Shown in pieces: positions 25,911 through 34,112 of a DNA stretch of 64,000 nt. The stretch's first letter is position 1, and each line of letters begins with the position of its first letter. Both the position numbers and the translations under genes were made by a program. A model generated the notes under the pieces. It was not told the origin of the DNA. It saw only the letters and a program-made list of their open reading frames with translations, and searched no databases. The DNA is taken from positions 24,690 to 88,689 of the forward strand of contig JANLPG010000129.1 in assembly GCA_031367105.1 (NCBI GenBank). Reading direction: 5' to 3'. Source of the stretch: Gemmatimonadota bacterium. Lineage in GTDB: Bacteria > Gemmatimonadota > Gemmatimonadetes > Gemmatimonadales > GWC2-71-9.

Positions 25911-26471
25911 TCAGCGCAGCGAGATGTCGGCCTTGGGGACGTCACGCTCTCCAGGTTCGGTGATCTCCCAGAGCTCGGCCGGAGTGGCCTTGGCGATTCC
26001 GGCGACGAGGTTGGTCGGGAATTGCTGTTGCGCCACGTTGTACTGCGTCGCAGCGTCGTTGTAGTGCTGTCGCGCGAAGGCGATCTTGTTTTCCGTCGAC
26101 GTCAACTCCTCCTGCAGTTGCGACACATTGCCGAGCGATTTGAGGTCGGGATAGGCCTCAGCCACCGCGAAGAGACGCCCGAGTGCCTGCGTCAATGCTC
26201 CCTCCGCCTGCGCGGTTGCCGCCACGCCAGTCGCCGCCACCGCCTTCGTCCGGGCGGAGATGACCGCCTCGAGCGTCTCGCGCTCGAACTGCAGCGCCCC
26301 CTTCACCGTGTCGACCAGATTGGGGATCAGGTCGTGGCGACGCTTCAGTTGCACGTCGATCTGCTTCCAGGCGTTGGCGACCTGACCCTTGAGGGCGATC
26401 AATTTGTTGTACGCCCCGATCATCCAGAGCACCAGGACGGCGACGACCACCATCAGGACAATGCCGCTCAT
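25911..26471 (-). CDS. lemA: LemA family protein
   Basis: An N-terminal TM is followed by YNKLIALKGQVANAWKQIDVQLKRRHDLIPNLVDTVKG, the hallmark LemA sequence. There is an ATGA overlap with the upstream gene. Confidence 0.9.
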   Translation of the reverse strand: MSGIVLMVVVAVLVLWMIGAYNKLIALKGQVANAWKQIDVQLKRRHDLIPNLVDTVKGALQFERETLEAVISARTKAVAATGVAATAQAEGALTQALGRLFAVAEAYPDLKSLGNVSQLQEELTSTENKIAFARQHYNDAATQYNVAQQQFPTNLVAGIAKATPAELWEITEPGERDVPKADISLR

Positions 26472-27045
26472 GACGACTCCTGCGAAGGGAGGTGGGTGAG
26501 CCCGGATAGTTGACTGACAACAGTGCCAAGACGCGCGCGGTCGGCGAGGAGTGGATGACCGGCGGCCAGGTGTAATTCGACCCCTTCACCGACTGGAAGG
26601 CGATACCACTCGCTGCCGGGCGGAGCCGTTGCGACCGACGGTGGCGAGCTGTCGCGCACCAGTCGTGGCCGGAAGAATGTCGGCCCCAATCGGTCGGCAA
26701 CCTCTCGTTCGAGGGCGCGCTCGCCGAGTCGCGCGCGCGTCGCAGCGATGGCGTCGAGCGTTTCACCGCTCTGCTGCGCCAGTCGAGCGGCCAGCAGCTC
26801 CACCAGGTGACGGTACCCCCAGGAGGAGCCCGCGCCCTTGCCATACGGCGGGTGGATCACCCCTCGTGACACCCAGTACCGGAGCGTCCGCTCTGTCGTC
26901 GGCTTTCCTGCGGTGGCAATCGTCGCCGCCAACAACTCATCGACGAGTGCGAGGAGTTCCGCCAGACGCCATGGCGCCGCACCCTGGTAGCGGCGCAACG
27001 CGCTGACGGCATCGGTTCTGGTGGTCGTGGTCGTGGTCGTGGTCA
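26468..27045 (-). CDS. MerR-like HTH protein with N-terminal Thr8 run
   Basis: The GTG at 27045 is followed by (ACC/ACG)x8. TERTLRYWVSRGVIHPP resembles the MerR-type recognition helix/wing. The upstream part of the track ORF (to 27211) is low-complexity and would overlap the divergent pseudopilin gene. Confidence 0.5.
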
Positions 27046-27115
27046 CGCGGAGAAACGTCGCGCCCCGCGTTCGCGCGCGCCAGCGGGAGGCGGCAGGCGA
27101 GACGATCCTGTACCG

Positions 27116-27541
27116 ATGCGTCGCGGCCTCTCGCTCACCGAATTGCTCCTCGTCGTGGTCCTGATCGGACTCCTGGGCCTGATCGCGGTGCCCCGGATCG
27201 CCGCCCTGCACGACGGTGCCCGGCTCCGCACGGAGAGCTTCCGGCTGGTCGCTGCGGTGGACTATGCCCGCGGTACTGCCGTGCGCCTGGGGACCACGTC
27301 CCGCCTCACGCTGAGTGACCTCAGCTATATCGTGGCGGCTGCACCAGCCGACACACTGACCGAGGTCTGGCGCGCCCCCGGTCCAGCGTCCAATTCCGTC
27401 CGGATCAGTGGCGCCGGGGCACCGATCCTCTTCGGGTCATCCGGGATTGCAGTCGGTGCATCGAATCGTACCCTGTTGCTCACCCGGGGGGGCGTCTCGA
27501 GGCGGATAATCCTCTCCCGATTGGGGCGGATCACCTGGTAG
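27116..27541 (+). CDS. GspH/FimT-like minor (pseudo)pilin with prepilin N-terminal methylation motif
   Basis: MRRG|LSLTELLLVVVLIGLLGLIAVP has Gly at -1, Glu at +5 and a hydrophobic helix. The 141-aa size and beta-rich C-terminus fit GspH/FimT-type proteins. Confidence 0.7.
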   Translation: MRRGLSLTELLLVVVLIGLLGLIAVPRIAALHDGARLRTESFRLVAAVDYARGTAVRLGTTSRLTLSDLSYIVAAAPADTLTEVWRAPGPASNSVRISGAGAPILFGSSGIAVGASNRTLLLTRGGVSRRIILSRLGRITW

Positions 27542-27863
27542 CCTGCAGCCCGTACTTCCTCACCTTGGCAAGCAAGGTTGACCGCGCGATGCCAAGGAGC
27601 AGCGAGGCCTGGCGCTTATTGCCACCGGTGAACCGCAAGGTGGCGGCGAGGTGGCGCGCCTCGGCCCCGTCGAGCGACTCCGGTGTCGGCTGGGCAGTGC
27701 CCTCGCTCACCACAAAATCGGGACCGGCCGACACGCCCGCGGGGAGCTCGCGCGGGTCGTCGGACAGCACCACGTGGCCTGCGGCCTGGAGCGCCGAGCG
27801 AAGGGTCGCGACGTCGTCGCGGTCGGGGTTGGCCACCAGCAGCCGGATGTGGAGGGAGCGCAC
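27531..27863 (-). CDS. small Fis-type (HTH_8) DNA-binding protein with degenerate receiver-like N-terminus
   Basis: GTG start. The C-terminus TGGNKRQASLLLGIARSTLLAKVRKYGL is the Fis/NtrC-type HTH. Its 3' end overlaps the convergent pseudopilin gene by 11 nt. Confidence 0.6.
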   Translation of the reverse strand: MRSLHIRLLVANPDRDDVATLRSALQAAGHVVLSDDPRELPAGVSAGPDFVVSEGTAQPTPESLDGAEARHLAATLRFTGGNKRQASLLLGIARSTLLAKVRKYGLQATR

Positions 27864-27992
27864 CGAGCGAAACTACTTCCCCGGACGCAGTCCGGCCAAC
27901 CGACCGTGCTAAGGCAACCCCGGCGCCACGGTCGCCACGCGGTGGCACAGGCGGGCGTTACACTTCTCCCCGACCTCAACCCGACGCGACCG

Positions 27993-29015
27993 ATGCCAGC
28001 ACCGCTCGACCTGAAGACCCTCGCCGCCGGCGATGCATTGCACCACCCGCTGCTGGTGCTCGACGTGATTGCCAAAAGTGGCGATCACCCCCGAACCACA
28101 CTCGTCCTCGGCAATCGCACCGGACGGATCGAGACCTCACCCTTCTGGGCGGGACGCGACGAGGCGATCAAGGGCATCGGCAAGGGGATGCAGGTGCAGG
28201 TCCTTGGCCAGGTGACGCGCTACCGCGAGTCGCTCCAGCTCGAGGTGACCTCGCTCCGCCCGCTGCCCCACGGGAGCGTGCCGCTCACCGATCTGGTGCC
28301 GAGCGTGGGAGCGGTGGAGAAATACTGGCAGTTCATCGACGACCTGCGCCAGAAGTTCACCGCCCCCAGACTGCGTGCCGTCGTCGATCTCTTTTACACG
28401 AACGAGGCCTTCCGAGAGCGTTATGAGCAATGCCCGGGTGCCCCCGGTACCGGCCATCACGCCGCGCTTGGTGGCCTGCTGCAGCACACCTGCGAGGTGG
28501 TTTCGATCGGTCGCCAGATCGCACGGATCGCGCACGCCGACGAGGAGATCGTGATCGCCGGCGCGTTGCTGCACGACATCGGAAAGCTCGAGGCCTACTC
28601 CTGGAGCAGCGGCGTCTTCGAGACCACCGAACGCGGCCGGATGATCGGGCACGTCGTCGAGGGTGTCCTGATGCTGCGTGATGCCCTCCACGCCGCCACG
28701 GCGGCACCGTGCACCGCCGAAGAGCAGATGCTCCTCGAGCACCTCATTCTTTCGCATCACGGCTTGCTCGAATACGGTGCCCCGGTGCGCCCACTGACAC
28801 TCGAAGCCGAGATCCTTCACACCGCCGACAACGCGAGCGCCAAGACTGCGGCCATCACCGAAGCGTACGCCTCAACCGAGTACTTCCCCGGCGAGGCACG
28901 GGTCGCTGCACGGCGGGTCTGGCAGCTCGACAATCGCTGGCTGGTCCGGCTGGCTGCCGATTTCGGGCGCGCGGCCGGTGGGGGAAAAGACGAAGCGGCC
29001 GATCAGACAAGCTGA
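27993..29015 (+). CDS. OB-fold plus HD-domain phosphohydrolase, YhaM-like 3'-5' exoribonuclease
   Basis: ATG at 27993. An N-terminal OB-like segment (VLGNRTGRIETSPFWAG...VQVLGQV) is followed by the HD motifs HHAALGGLLQHT and LLHDIGK. The upstream 114 codons of the track ORF are antisense to the Fis-like gene. Confidence 0.7.
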   Translation: MPAPLDLKTLAAGDALHHPLLVLDVIAKSGDHPRTTLVLGNRTGRIETSPFWAGRDEAIKGIGKGMQVQVLGQVTRYRESLQLEVTSLRPLPHGSVPLTDLVPSVGAVEKYWQFIDDLRQKFTAPRLRAVVDLFYTNEAFRERYEQCPGAPGTGHHAALGGLLQHTCEVVSIGRQIARIAHADEEIVIAGALLHDIGKLEAYSWSSGVFETTERGRMIGHVVEGVLMLRDALHAATAAPCTAEEQMLLEHLILSHHGLLEYGAPVRPLTLEAEILHTADNASAKTAAITEAYASTEYFPGEARVAARRVWQLDNRWLVRLAADFGRAAGGGKDEAADQTS

Positions 29016-29026
29016 TCGACCGCTTC
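28992..29026 (+). terminator. 15-bp stem-loop spanning the stop codon of the YhaM-like gene
   Basis: GAAGCGGCCGATCAG-acaag-CTGATCGACCGCTTC forms a stem with one mismatch. No U-tract follows, so it may be a processing or stability hairpin rather than an intrinsic terminator. Confidence 0.35.
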
Positions 29027-29340
29027 ACATTCCGCCGCCTGCGCTCGGGGGCGCCACGTCGGGATGGGTGCTGTGGGTCAGAGCGGCTCGCGGACCACTC
29101 GCCCACAGGGCTCTCCGAGGCACCGGATCGGAGAGGACGAGACGCGCGAAACGCCCCATCAGCTTCTTGCTAAGCTAGGGGCGTGCCAGAATCCCGCAAG
29201 TGCCTGATTCTATTCGGGTTAGCTCATTTCAACGTGGAAGCTTTGTGGCTTCGAACTCAGCGCCGCTTCGTCACTTGCCGGCTTTGTCCACGCAATGTGG
29301 AGATGTTGATCCACAATTCCACGTCCTGATTACCGCCGCG

Positions 29341-29916
29341 CTACATATTGATCGCCGACCTGAAGCCCTTCGGATCCATCGGAATCTGCAATGTCTTCAG
29401 CAAGACGTTGAGCTTCCATTCGTACTTCTTGACGGCATCCGCGGAGGCCAGTGCGATGCGGAAGAGCGGCTCTTCAGTGGGGCCCTTCGGCGCGGCGAGA
29501 GCGGCTTCCAGTGTTTTGTCGCACCCCTTCATCGCCCGCTCAAGGTCGCCAAGCCCCTTGGTGTAATCGAGGATTACCGCCTTGCCTCGGGTATCGCTGG
29601 TGCCGACCGCAGCCATCCTGGTCCGCATCACGGCGGTCGCACGGGTGGCGCGAGTGCACTCCGACCGAAGAGTCCGCGCAGACGAAACCACCACTGCAGG
29701 GGAGTTCCCCACCTTGGCGCGCACCAGCCGCGCCGATACCGCATCGACCGCATAGAGCGTGTCGCGCAGAATCAGGACATCGGACTTCAGCTTCTGACGC
29801 ATTGGATCGAGCTTTACCTCTTCACCGAAGATCTGCGCCTGAGCCAGCAGCGGCGCGCCTGCCAACGGTGCAGCGACCACGACCAGCCCCAGGAGTGCCA
29901 CGAATCGATACATCAC
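29341..29916 (-). CDS. secreted hypothetical protein (helical)
   Basis: 191 aa with signal peptide [27 protein letters not shown]. It has a 4-nt overlap with the upstream gene. No family recognised. Confidence 0.55.
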   Translation of the reverse strand: MMYRFVALLGLVVVAAPLAGAPLLAQAQIFGEEVKLDPMRQKLKSDVLILRDTLYAVDAVSARLVRAKVGNSPAVVVSSARTLRSECTRATRATAVMRTRMAAVGTSDTRGKAVILDYTKGLGDLERAMKGCDKTLEAALAAPKGPTEEPLFRIALASADAVKKYEWKLNVLLKTLQIPMDPKGFRSAINM

Positions 29917-30527
29917 GAATCAATCCCCACTTCGATGTAACGCCAGGTCGCTTCACCAGCATCGTCGCCGATGAACAGCGCCCCCCCGGCGGAAGCTGCG
30001 AACCATCCCGCGACCAGTCGGCGCGGCCCATCCAGCTCTTGTACGATCGGCGCCAGCCAGCGGCGCAGATGCCGCAGCTCCGGCGCCCGGCGCCCCAGCT
30101 GCGCGAACAGCGCCCCGGCTCCTCCCGTCGCACGAAGGAAGTGCGCCAGCGCGTTGGCCCGATCGCCGAAACCGATCGCCATCACCCCAGGCTCATTCAA
30201 CAGCAGTTCGCCGTCGTACGCCTCGAGGCGGAGCGCGTCGAGGCGGGGCCCCAAAAAGATGAAGCGACGCCCCTCGGGCGTCCGCCGCTCGACCACGGCT
30301 GCGGCCGTCTCGTCGGTGAGCCGTCCGGCGTGGAGCAGGTCGTCATCCGGGAGGACTCCGACGACGCGAGTCCACTCCAGCGCCCCGAGTGCCTGCTCTA
30401 CCGGGCAGCCGATGGCGTCGTCGAAGGCGACGACGCGGGGCGATTCCCCGGCGCGCAGGATACAGTGCGCGAGGGCCTCGGCCCGGTCGGTGAAGCTGCG
30501 GACAACCAGCGAAGTGGGGGACGACAT
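29913..30527 (-). CDS. hypothetical cytoplasmic protein with internal duplication
   Basis: The ATG at 30527 gives 204 aa. Two repeats share the motif [14 protein letters not shown] / [14 protein letters not shown]. The upstream part of the 325-aa track ORF is antisense to the MCP gene start. Confidence 0.5.
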   Translation of the reverse strand: MSSPTSLVVRSFTDRAEALAHCILRAGESPRVVAFDDAIGCPVEQALGALEWTRVVGVLPDDDLLHAGRLTDETAAAVVERRTPEGRRFIFLGPRLDALRLEAYDGELLLNEPGVMAIGFGDRANALAHFLRATGGAGALFAQLGRRAPELRHLRRWLAPIVQELDGPRRLVAGWFAASAGGALFIGDDAGEATWRYIEVGIDS

Positions 30528-30609
30528 AGCCGGGATGATAGACCAGGCAGCGGACCTCGGAAAGGGGCTCCCGCTTGCCAAGGCGCTCTGTTCGCCCGCA
30601 CCATTCAGC

Positions 30610-32268
30610 ATGGCTGATCTTCCGTCCCTCCGCAGCAGAGTCACCGCAGGGACGGCACTCCTGCTCCTTCTGGTCTTCGCGATGACGCTCCTGGGCGTCT
30701 CGGCCGTCAATTCCCTGGACACGGCGGTCCGCGAAGAACTGGTCACGGTTCGGGAGCGCACCGTCCTCGCCCAGACCATCACGCGCGAGGTGGTGACGGC
30801 CATCCGCGACGGTGACGCACTGTCGGTGCGGCCCGACTCGGCCCAGCAGGTCGAGCTCGACTCGGCGTTCGCTGCCATCCGGGCTGCCACCCTCGCCTAT
30901 ACCCAGTCCGAGCTCACCCCGGCCGAACTCCGCTCGGTCACCCGCGTCGGCGTCCTTGCGAGCGAACTTGCCCGCCGGTCTCCCGGGGGCTCCGCCGCCA
31001 CCGGGCTGGCCCGAGCTCCGGTGGCCGATTCCCTGCTCGATGAGGTCCGGGCGCTCAGTGCCGTACAGGAGGCCGCTGCCTCGGCGCGGGCAGCGAATCT
31101 CGCGAAGAGCAGTGAGGATCGAAGGTTCATTGTCTGGATTCTCTTCGTGGTGGCGCTCGTCATCGGCGCCGGCTCGGCCGTCACCACCGTGCGTGCCGTG
31201 ATCCTGCCGTTGCGCCGAATGATCGAGGCCACCGAACGGGTCGGAGCAGGCGACCTGCGTCCGCTTGACCTGGGACCTATGCCGAGCGAACTCGGTGTCC
31301 TTGCTGCAGCAGTGCGACGGATGAGCGAGGGGCTGCGAGGGGTGGTTGGAAGCGTCGCCGACGTTTCCGCCTCACTGACCGAAAACGCCGCGCAACTCAA
31401 TTCCCGCTCCGAGCAGCTGACCGAGAGTGCGACCCAGGTGTCGCGGGCGATCGGCGAGGTCTCCGCCAGTGCTGAGCGGCAGGCGACCGGAATGCGCGAG
31501 AGCGACATCGCCCTGGGAGACCTCCGCGCGGCGGCAGCTCGGAGCTCGGGTGCCGGTCAGCGGGTGGTGGCGGTTGCCGATGGGATTCGTCGAACCGCCG
31601 CGACCAACCAGGGACACCTCGGCGCGGCCTCGGCAACCCTCCTGGAACTCCACGAGGTGGTCGAGCGCACCATCAGCTCCGTCGATCGGCTCACCGACGC
31701 CGCAGCGGCCGTGTCCGAGTTCGTCGCCCTGACCGGCCAATTGGCGGCCCAGACTGAATTGCTGGCGCTGAACGCAGCGATTGAAGCGGCCCGGGCCGGG
31801 GAAGCGGGCGAGGGATTCGCGGTGGTGGCCGGAGAGATTCGGCAACTCGCCGAGACCAGCGCCGAGGGTGCGCGCCGGATTGCCAAAACGGTGGCCACGC
31901 TCGACGATCAGGTCCGCCTGGTCGCTGCAACGGTGGGGGCTGGCAAGGAACGAGTCGCCGGGGTGGAAGGCGTGGCCGACGGAGTGACCCGGGCGCTGGC
32001 GGAGATCGTCGGCGCGGTCGAAGAAGTCTCCTCCGCGGCCGGAACCGTAGCACGCGAGGCGGCGGCCCACCGCGAACTCGCCGATCGGCTGGCAGCCACC
32101 GGGGCCGACGTGGCCCGCTCGGCTCAGGTCAACGCCCACGCCGCGCAGGCCGTCACCGACTCCGCCCTCGAGCAATCGTCCGCCACTCAGGAAATCGCAA
32201 CGGCGGCGACCACTCTGGTGGCCACCGCCGATCGACTCACTCGCCTGGTGAAAGGCTTCCGACTCTAG
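30610..32268 (+). CDS. methyl-accepting chemotaxis protein (2 TM, HAMP, MCP signalling domain)
   Basis: ATG at 30610 (MADLPSLRS). TM1 is followed by a periplasmic region, TM2 and HAMP ([19 protein letters not shown]). The conserved hairpin [32 protein letters not shown] is present. Confidence 0.85.
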   Translation: MADLPSLRSRVTAGTALLLLLVFAMTLLGVSAVNSLDTAVREELVTVRERTVLAQTITREVVTAIRDGDALSVRPDSAQQVELDSAFAAIRAATLAYTQSELTPAELRSVTRVGVLASELARRSPGGSAATGLARAPVADSLLDEVRALSAVQEAAASARAANLAKSSEDRRFIVWILFVVALVIGAGSAVTTVRAVILPLRRMIEATERVGAGDLRPLDLGPMPSELGVLAAAVRRMSEGLRGVVGSVADVSASLTENAAQLNSRSEQLTESATQVSRAIGEVSASAERQATGMRESDIALGDLRAAAARSSGAGQRVVAVADGIRRTAATNQGHLGAASATLLELHEVVERTISSVDRLTDAAAAVSEFVALTGQLAAQTELLALNAAIEAARAGEAGEGFAVVAGEIRQLAETSAEGARRIAKTVATLDDQVRLVAATVGAGKERVAGVEGVADGVTRALAEIVGAVEEVSSAAGTVAREAAAHRELADRLAATGADVARSAQVNAHAAQAVTDSALEQSSATQEIATAATTLVATADRLTRLVKGFRL

Positions 32269-32933
32269 CGCTTCTTCCGGGCCGGTGCTGGCTTGGCGGC
32301 CGGCTTGGCCGGAGCTTTCCCAGGGGCCTTGGCCGGTGGCTTCGCCGGCGCCTTGGCAACCGGCTTGACAGGGGCCTTGGCGACCGCCTTGGCGACCGGC
32401 TTGGCGACCGGCTTGGGGGCGGCCTTCGGCAGTACTTTGGCTGCCGCTTTCGGGGTGGGTTTCGGCGCCGCTTTGGCGGCCGGGGGCGGAGGCTTCGGGG
32501 CAGGCTTTGCCAGTTCTGCCTTCGGTGCCGGCGAGGCCTTGGCGGCGGCCGGAGCGGGGGTCAGCTGTGCCACCGCCGCTGCTGGCACAGGCGGCTTAGC
32601 GGGCTCCGGAGACCTTGGGGCGGGTGCGGTCGAGAAGGGCTTCGGCGGAAGCTTCTTCACCTTTTCGACGACGACCTCGATCTTCTTGGGACGGGAGGCG
32701 ACCACCACCCGCAGTTCTGCCAGAACGGTATCGACTTCGTCCTGGGTCAACAGATTCCGACGCACTCCGAACCGCAATAACTCCTCAGCGTGGGCGGCGT
32801 CAAACTCCTCCAACCCAGCAGCAGCCCGCGAAAGCGCGACAATAGCGTTAGCCACCGGGCTGCGGAGCACGGCGGCGATGCCCGGAAGGGCTTCCATCAA
32901 GGATGAGATCTGGGGCGCGGCCAGCTCGGTCAT
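32265..32933 (-). CDS. protein with histone-H1/AlgP-like Lys-Ala-Pro repeat tail
   Basis: ATG at 32933 (MTELAAPQ). The C-terminal ~130 aa are almost entirely K/A/P ([49 protein letters not shown]). The DNA shows 12-nt periodic repeats. Confidence 0.6.
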   Translation of the reverse strand: MTELAAPQISSLMEALPGIAAVLRSPVANAIVALSRAAAGLEEFDAAHAEELLRFGVRRNLLTQDEVDTVLAELRVVVASRPKKIEVVVEKVKKLPPKPFSTAPAPRSPEPAKPPVPAAAVAQLTPAPAAAKASPAPKAELAKPAPKPPPPAAKAAPKPTPKAAAKVLPKAAPKPVAKPVAKAVAKAPVKPVAKAPAKPPAKAPGKAPAKPAAKPAPARKKR

Positions 32934-33089
32934 ACGGGCCCTCGGAAAAGGCCGAACGTAGACGATCGGCCACCCCGCCGTCAAGAGATCAGGCGGTTGT
33001 CCCCTTGACGGGGTCACCAGAACTGCCTAGCTAGGAAGGACGCGAAACGGCCGGGATTCCCTCGGTCTGCTGCGTGGAAAGGACCCGCA

Positions 33090-33326
33090 ATGGGCCGGCG
33101 CCACGTCAAGGAGTTTCGCCCGGACGAGGCCTTGAGCCTCATCAGCGCCGACCGCGAAGGGAAGCAATTGAGGTGCCCGTCCTGTGGCAGCGAATCGGTG
33201 GAAAGGACCCCGCCGCGCCCCGGTGACGGAAGCCCGACCCCCGGCCGAGTCGGACTGATCTGCGGTGCGTGTGGTCGGGTGGTCTCGTATATCGATCGAG
33301 GCGAAGTCCCCGCCGCTCTGCACTGA
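33090..33326 (+). CDS. small zinc-ribbon protein (CxxC ... CxxC)
   Basis: 78 aa with CPSCG and CGACG pairs, and GGAAAGGA upstream of the ATG. Third-position bias is only moderate, so the coding status is uncertain. Confidence 0.4.
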   Translation: MGRRHVKEFRPDEALSLISADREGKQLRCPSCGSESVERTPPRPGDGSPTPGRVGLICGACGRVVSYIDRGEVPAALH

Positions 33327-33395
33327 GCCGTCCGCGCGATACCCGCAGCTCACCGCAGGCAACCCGGGAGGTCCTTCCCGCGGGGTGCCGATGCG

Positions 33396-34109
33396 CTATT
33401 CCGGAACGTGAAAGATTCGCTTCCAGCGCACTTCCGTGAAGAACGGGAACGCCTTCCAACTCTCCGCGTCGTAGCTGAAATACACGAGGAGCGGTCGGCC
33501 CCTCACATTCGCTCGGGGGAGAAAGCCCCAGTAGCGGCCGTCGTAGGAGCCATCGCGATTGTCCCCCATCACGAAGAGCGATTCCGGCGGCACCACCACC
33601 GGCCCCCAGGCGTGCAGGTCGGGGGCGTAGCCCTCGGGCACTGTGCCGGCATAGTGCTTCACCTGCCATTCGCGCATCCGGGCCCGCATCACCGGGTCTT
33701 CGGTCCGACCGGGTTCGTCGTTGCGGGCGTAGGGTTCAGTCAATCGCCTGCCATTGCGATACAGCACGCCGCTTGTCATCTGCAGTGTGTCGCCGGGGAT
33801 TCCGATCAGCCGCTTGACGACCTTGAGATCCTCCTCGACTGAATCGAAGACCACGATGTCGCCCCGCTCCGGCTCGCGCACCGCCGGGAGCCGCTTATGG
33901 ATCAGCGGCACCTCCGCCCCATAGAGGAACTTGTTGACGAAAAGGAAATCGCCGATCAGGAGTGTGTTCTGCATACTCCCGGACGGAATCCGGAATGCCT
34001 CGACCAGGAACGTGCGCAGGAAAAGCCACACCACCAGGGCAATGGTGATGGACTTGACCCACTCGATGAACCATCGCCCGATGGAAGCGCCGCGTCCCGG
34101 AGCCGCCAT
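33396..34109 (-). CDS. lepB: signal peptidase I
   Basis: An N-terminal TM is followed by the catalytic Ser box IPSGSMQNTL, the Lys box VKRLIGIPGD and GDNRDGSYDGRYWGF. Confidence 0.9.
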   Translation of the reverse strand: MAAPGRGASIGRWFIEWVKSITIALVVWLFLRTFLVEAFRIPSGSMQNTLLIGDFLFVNKFLYGAEVPLIHKRLPAVREPERGDIVVFDSVEEDLKVVKRLIGIPGDTLQMTSGVLYRNGRRLTEPYARNDEPGRTEDPVMRARMREWQVKHYAGTVPEGYAPDLHAWGPVVVPPESLFVMGDNRDGSYDGRYWGFLPRANVRGRPLLVYFSYDAESWKAFPFFTEVRWKRIFHVPE

Positions 34110-34112
34110 CGA

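Noticed and set aside
29016-29340. Assigning the convergent spacer to a known RNA family (tmRNA, SRP/4.5S, RNase P or 6S).
   Set aside because: I saw no tmRNA tag reading frame or 3' tRNA-like end, no SRP GGAA/AGCA domain-IV motif, and no RNase P GAGGAAAGUCC box. 6S cannot be judged from primary sequence. The spacer is therefore left as an unclassified candidate.
29971-30609. A 5' extension that makes the chemoreceptor a 765-aa protein.
   Set aside because: The extension is Ser/Arg/Ala-rich with no recognisable domain. It is antisense to the better-behaved 204-aa gene at 29913-30527. The MCP has a natural ATG with TM1 at 30610.
32280-32660. Highly periodic DNA repeats, considered as a possible CRISPR array or satellite.
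   Set aside because: The period is 12-nt-like, with no spacer-repeat alternation. The repeats lie entirely within a long ORF that encodes the K/A/P tail.
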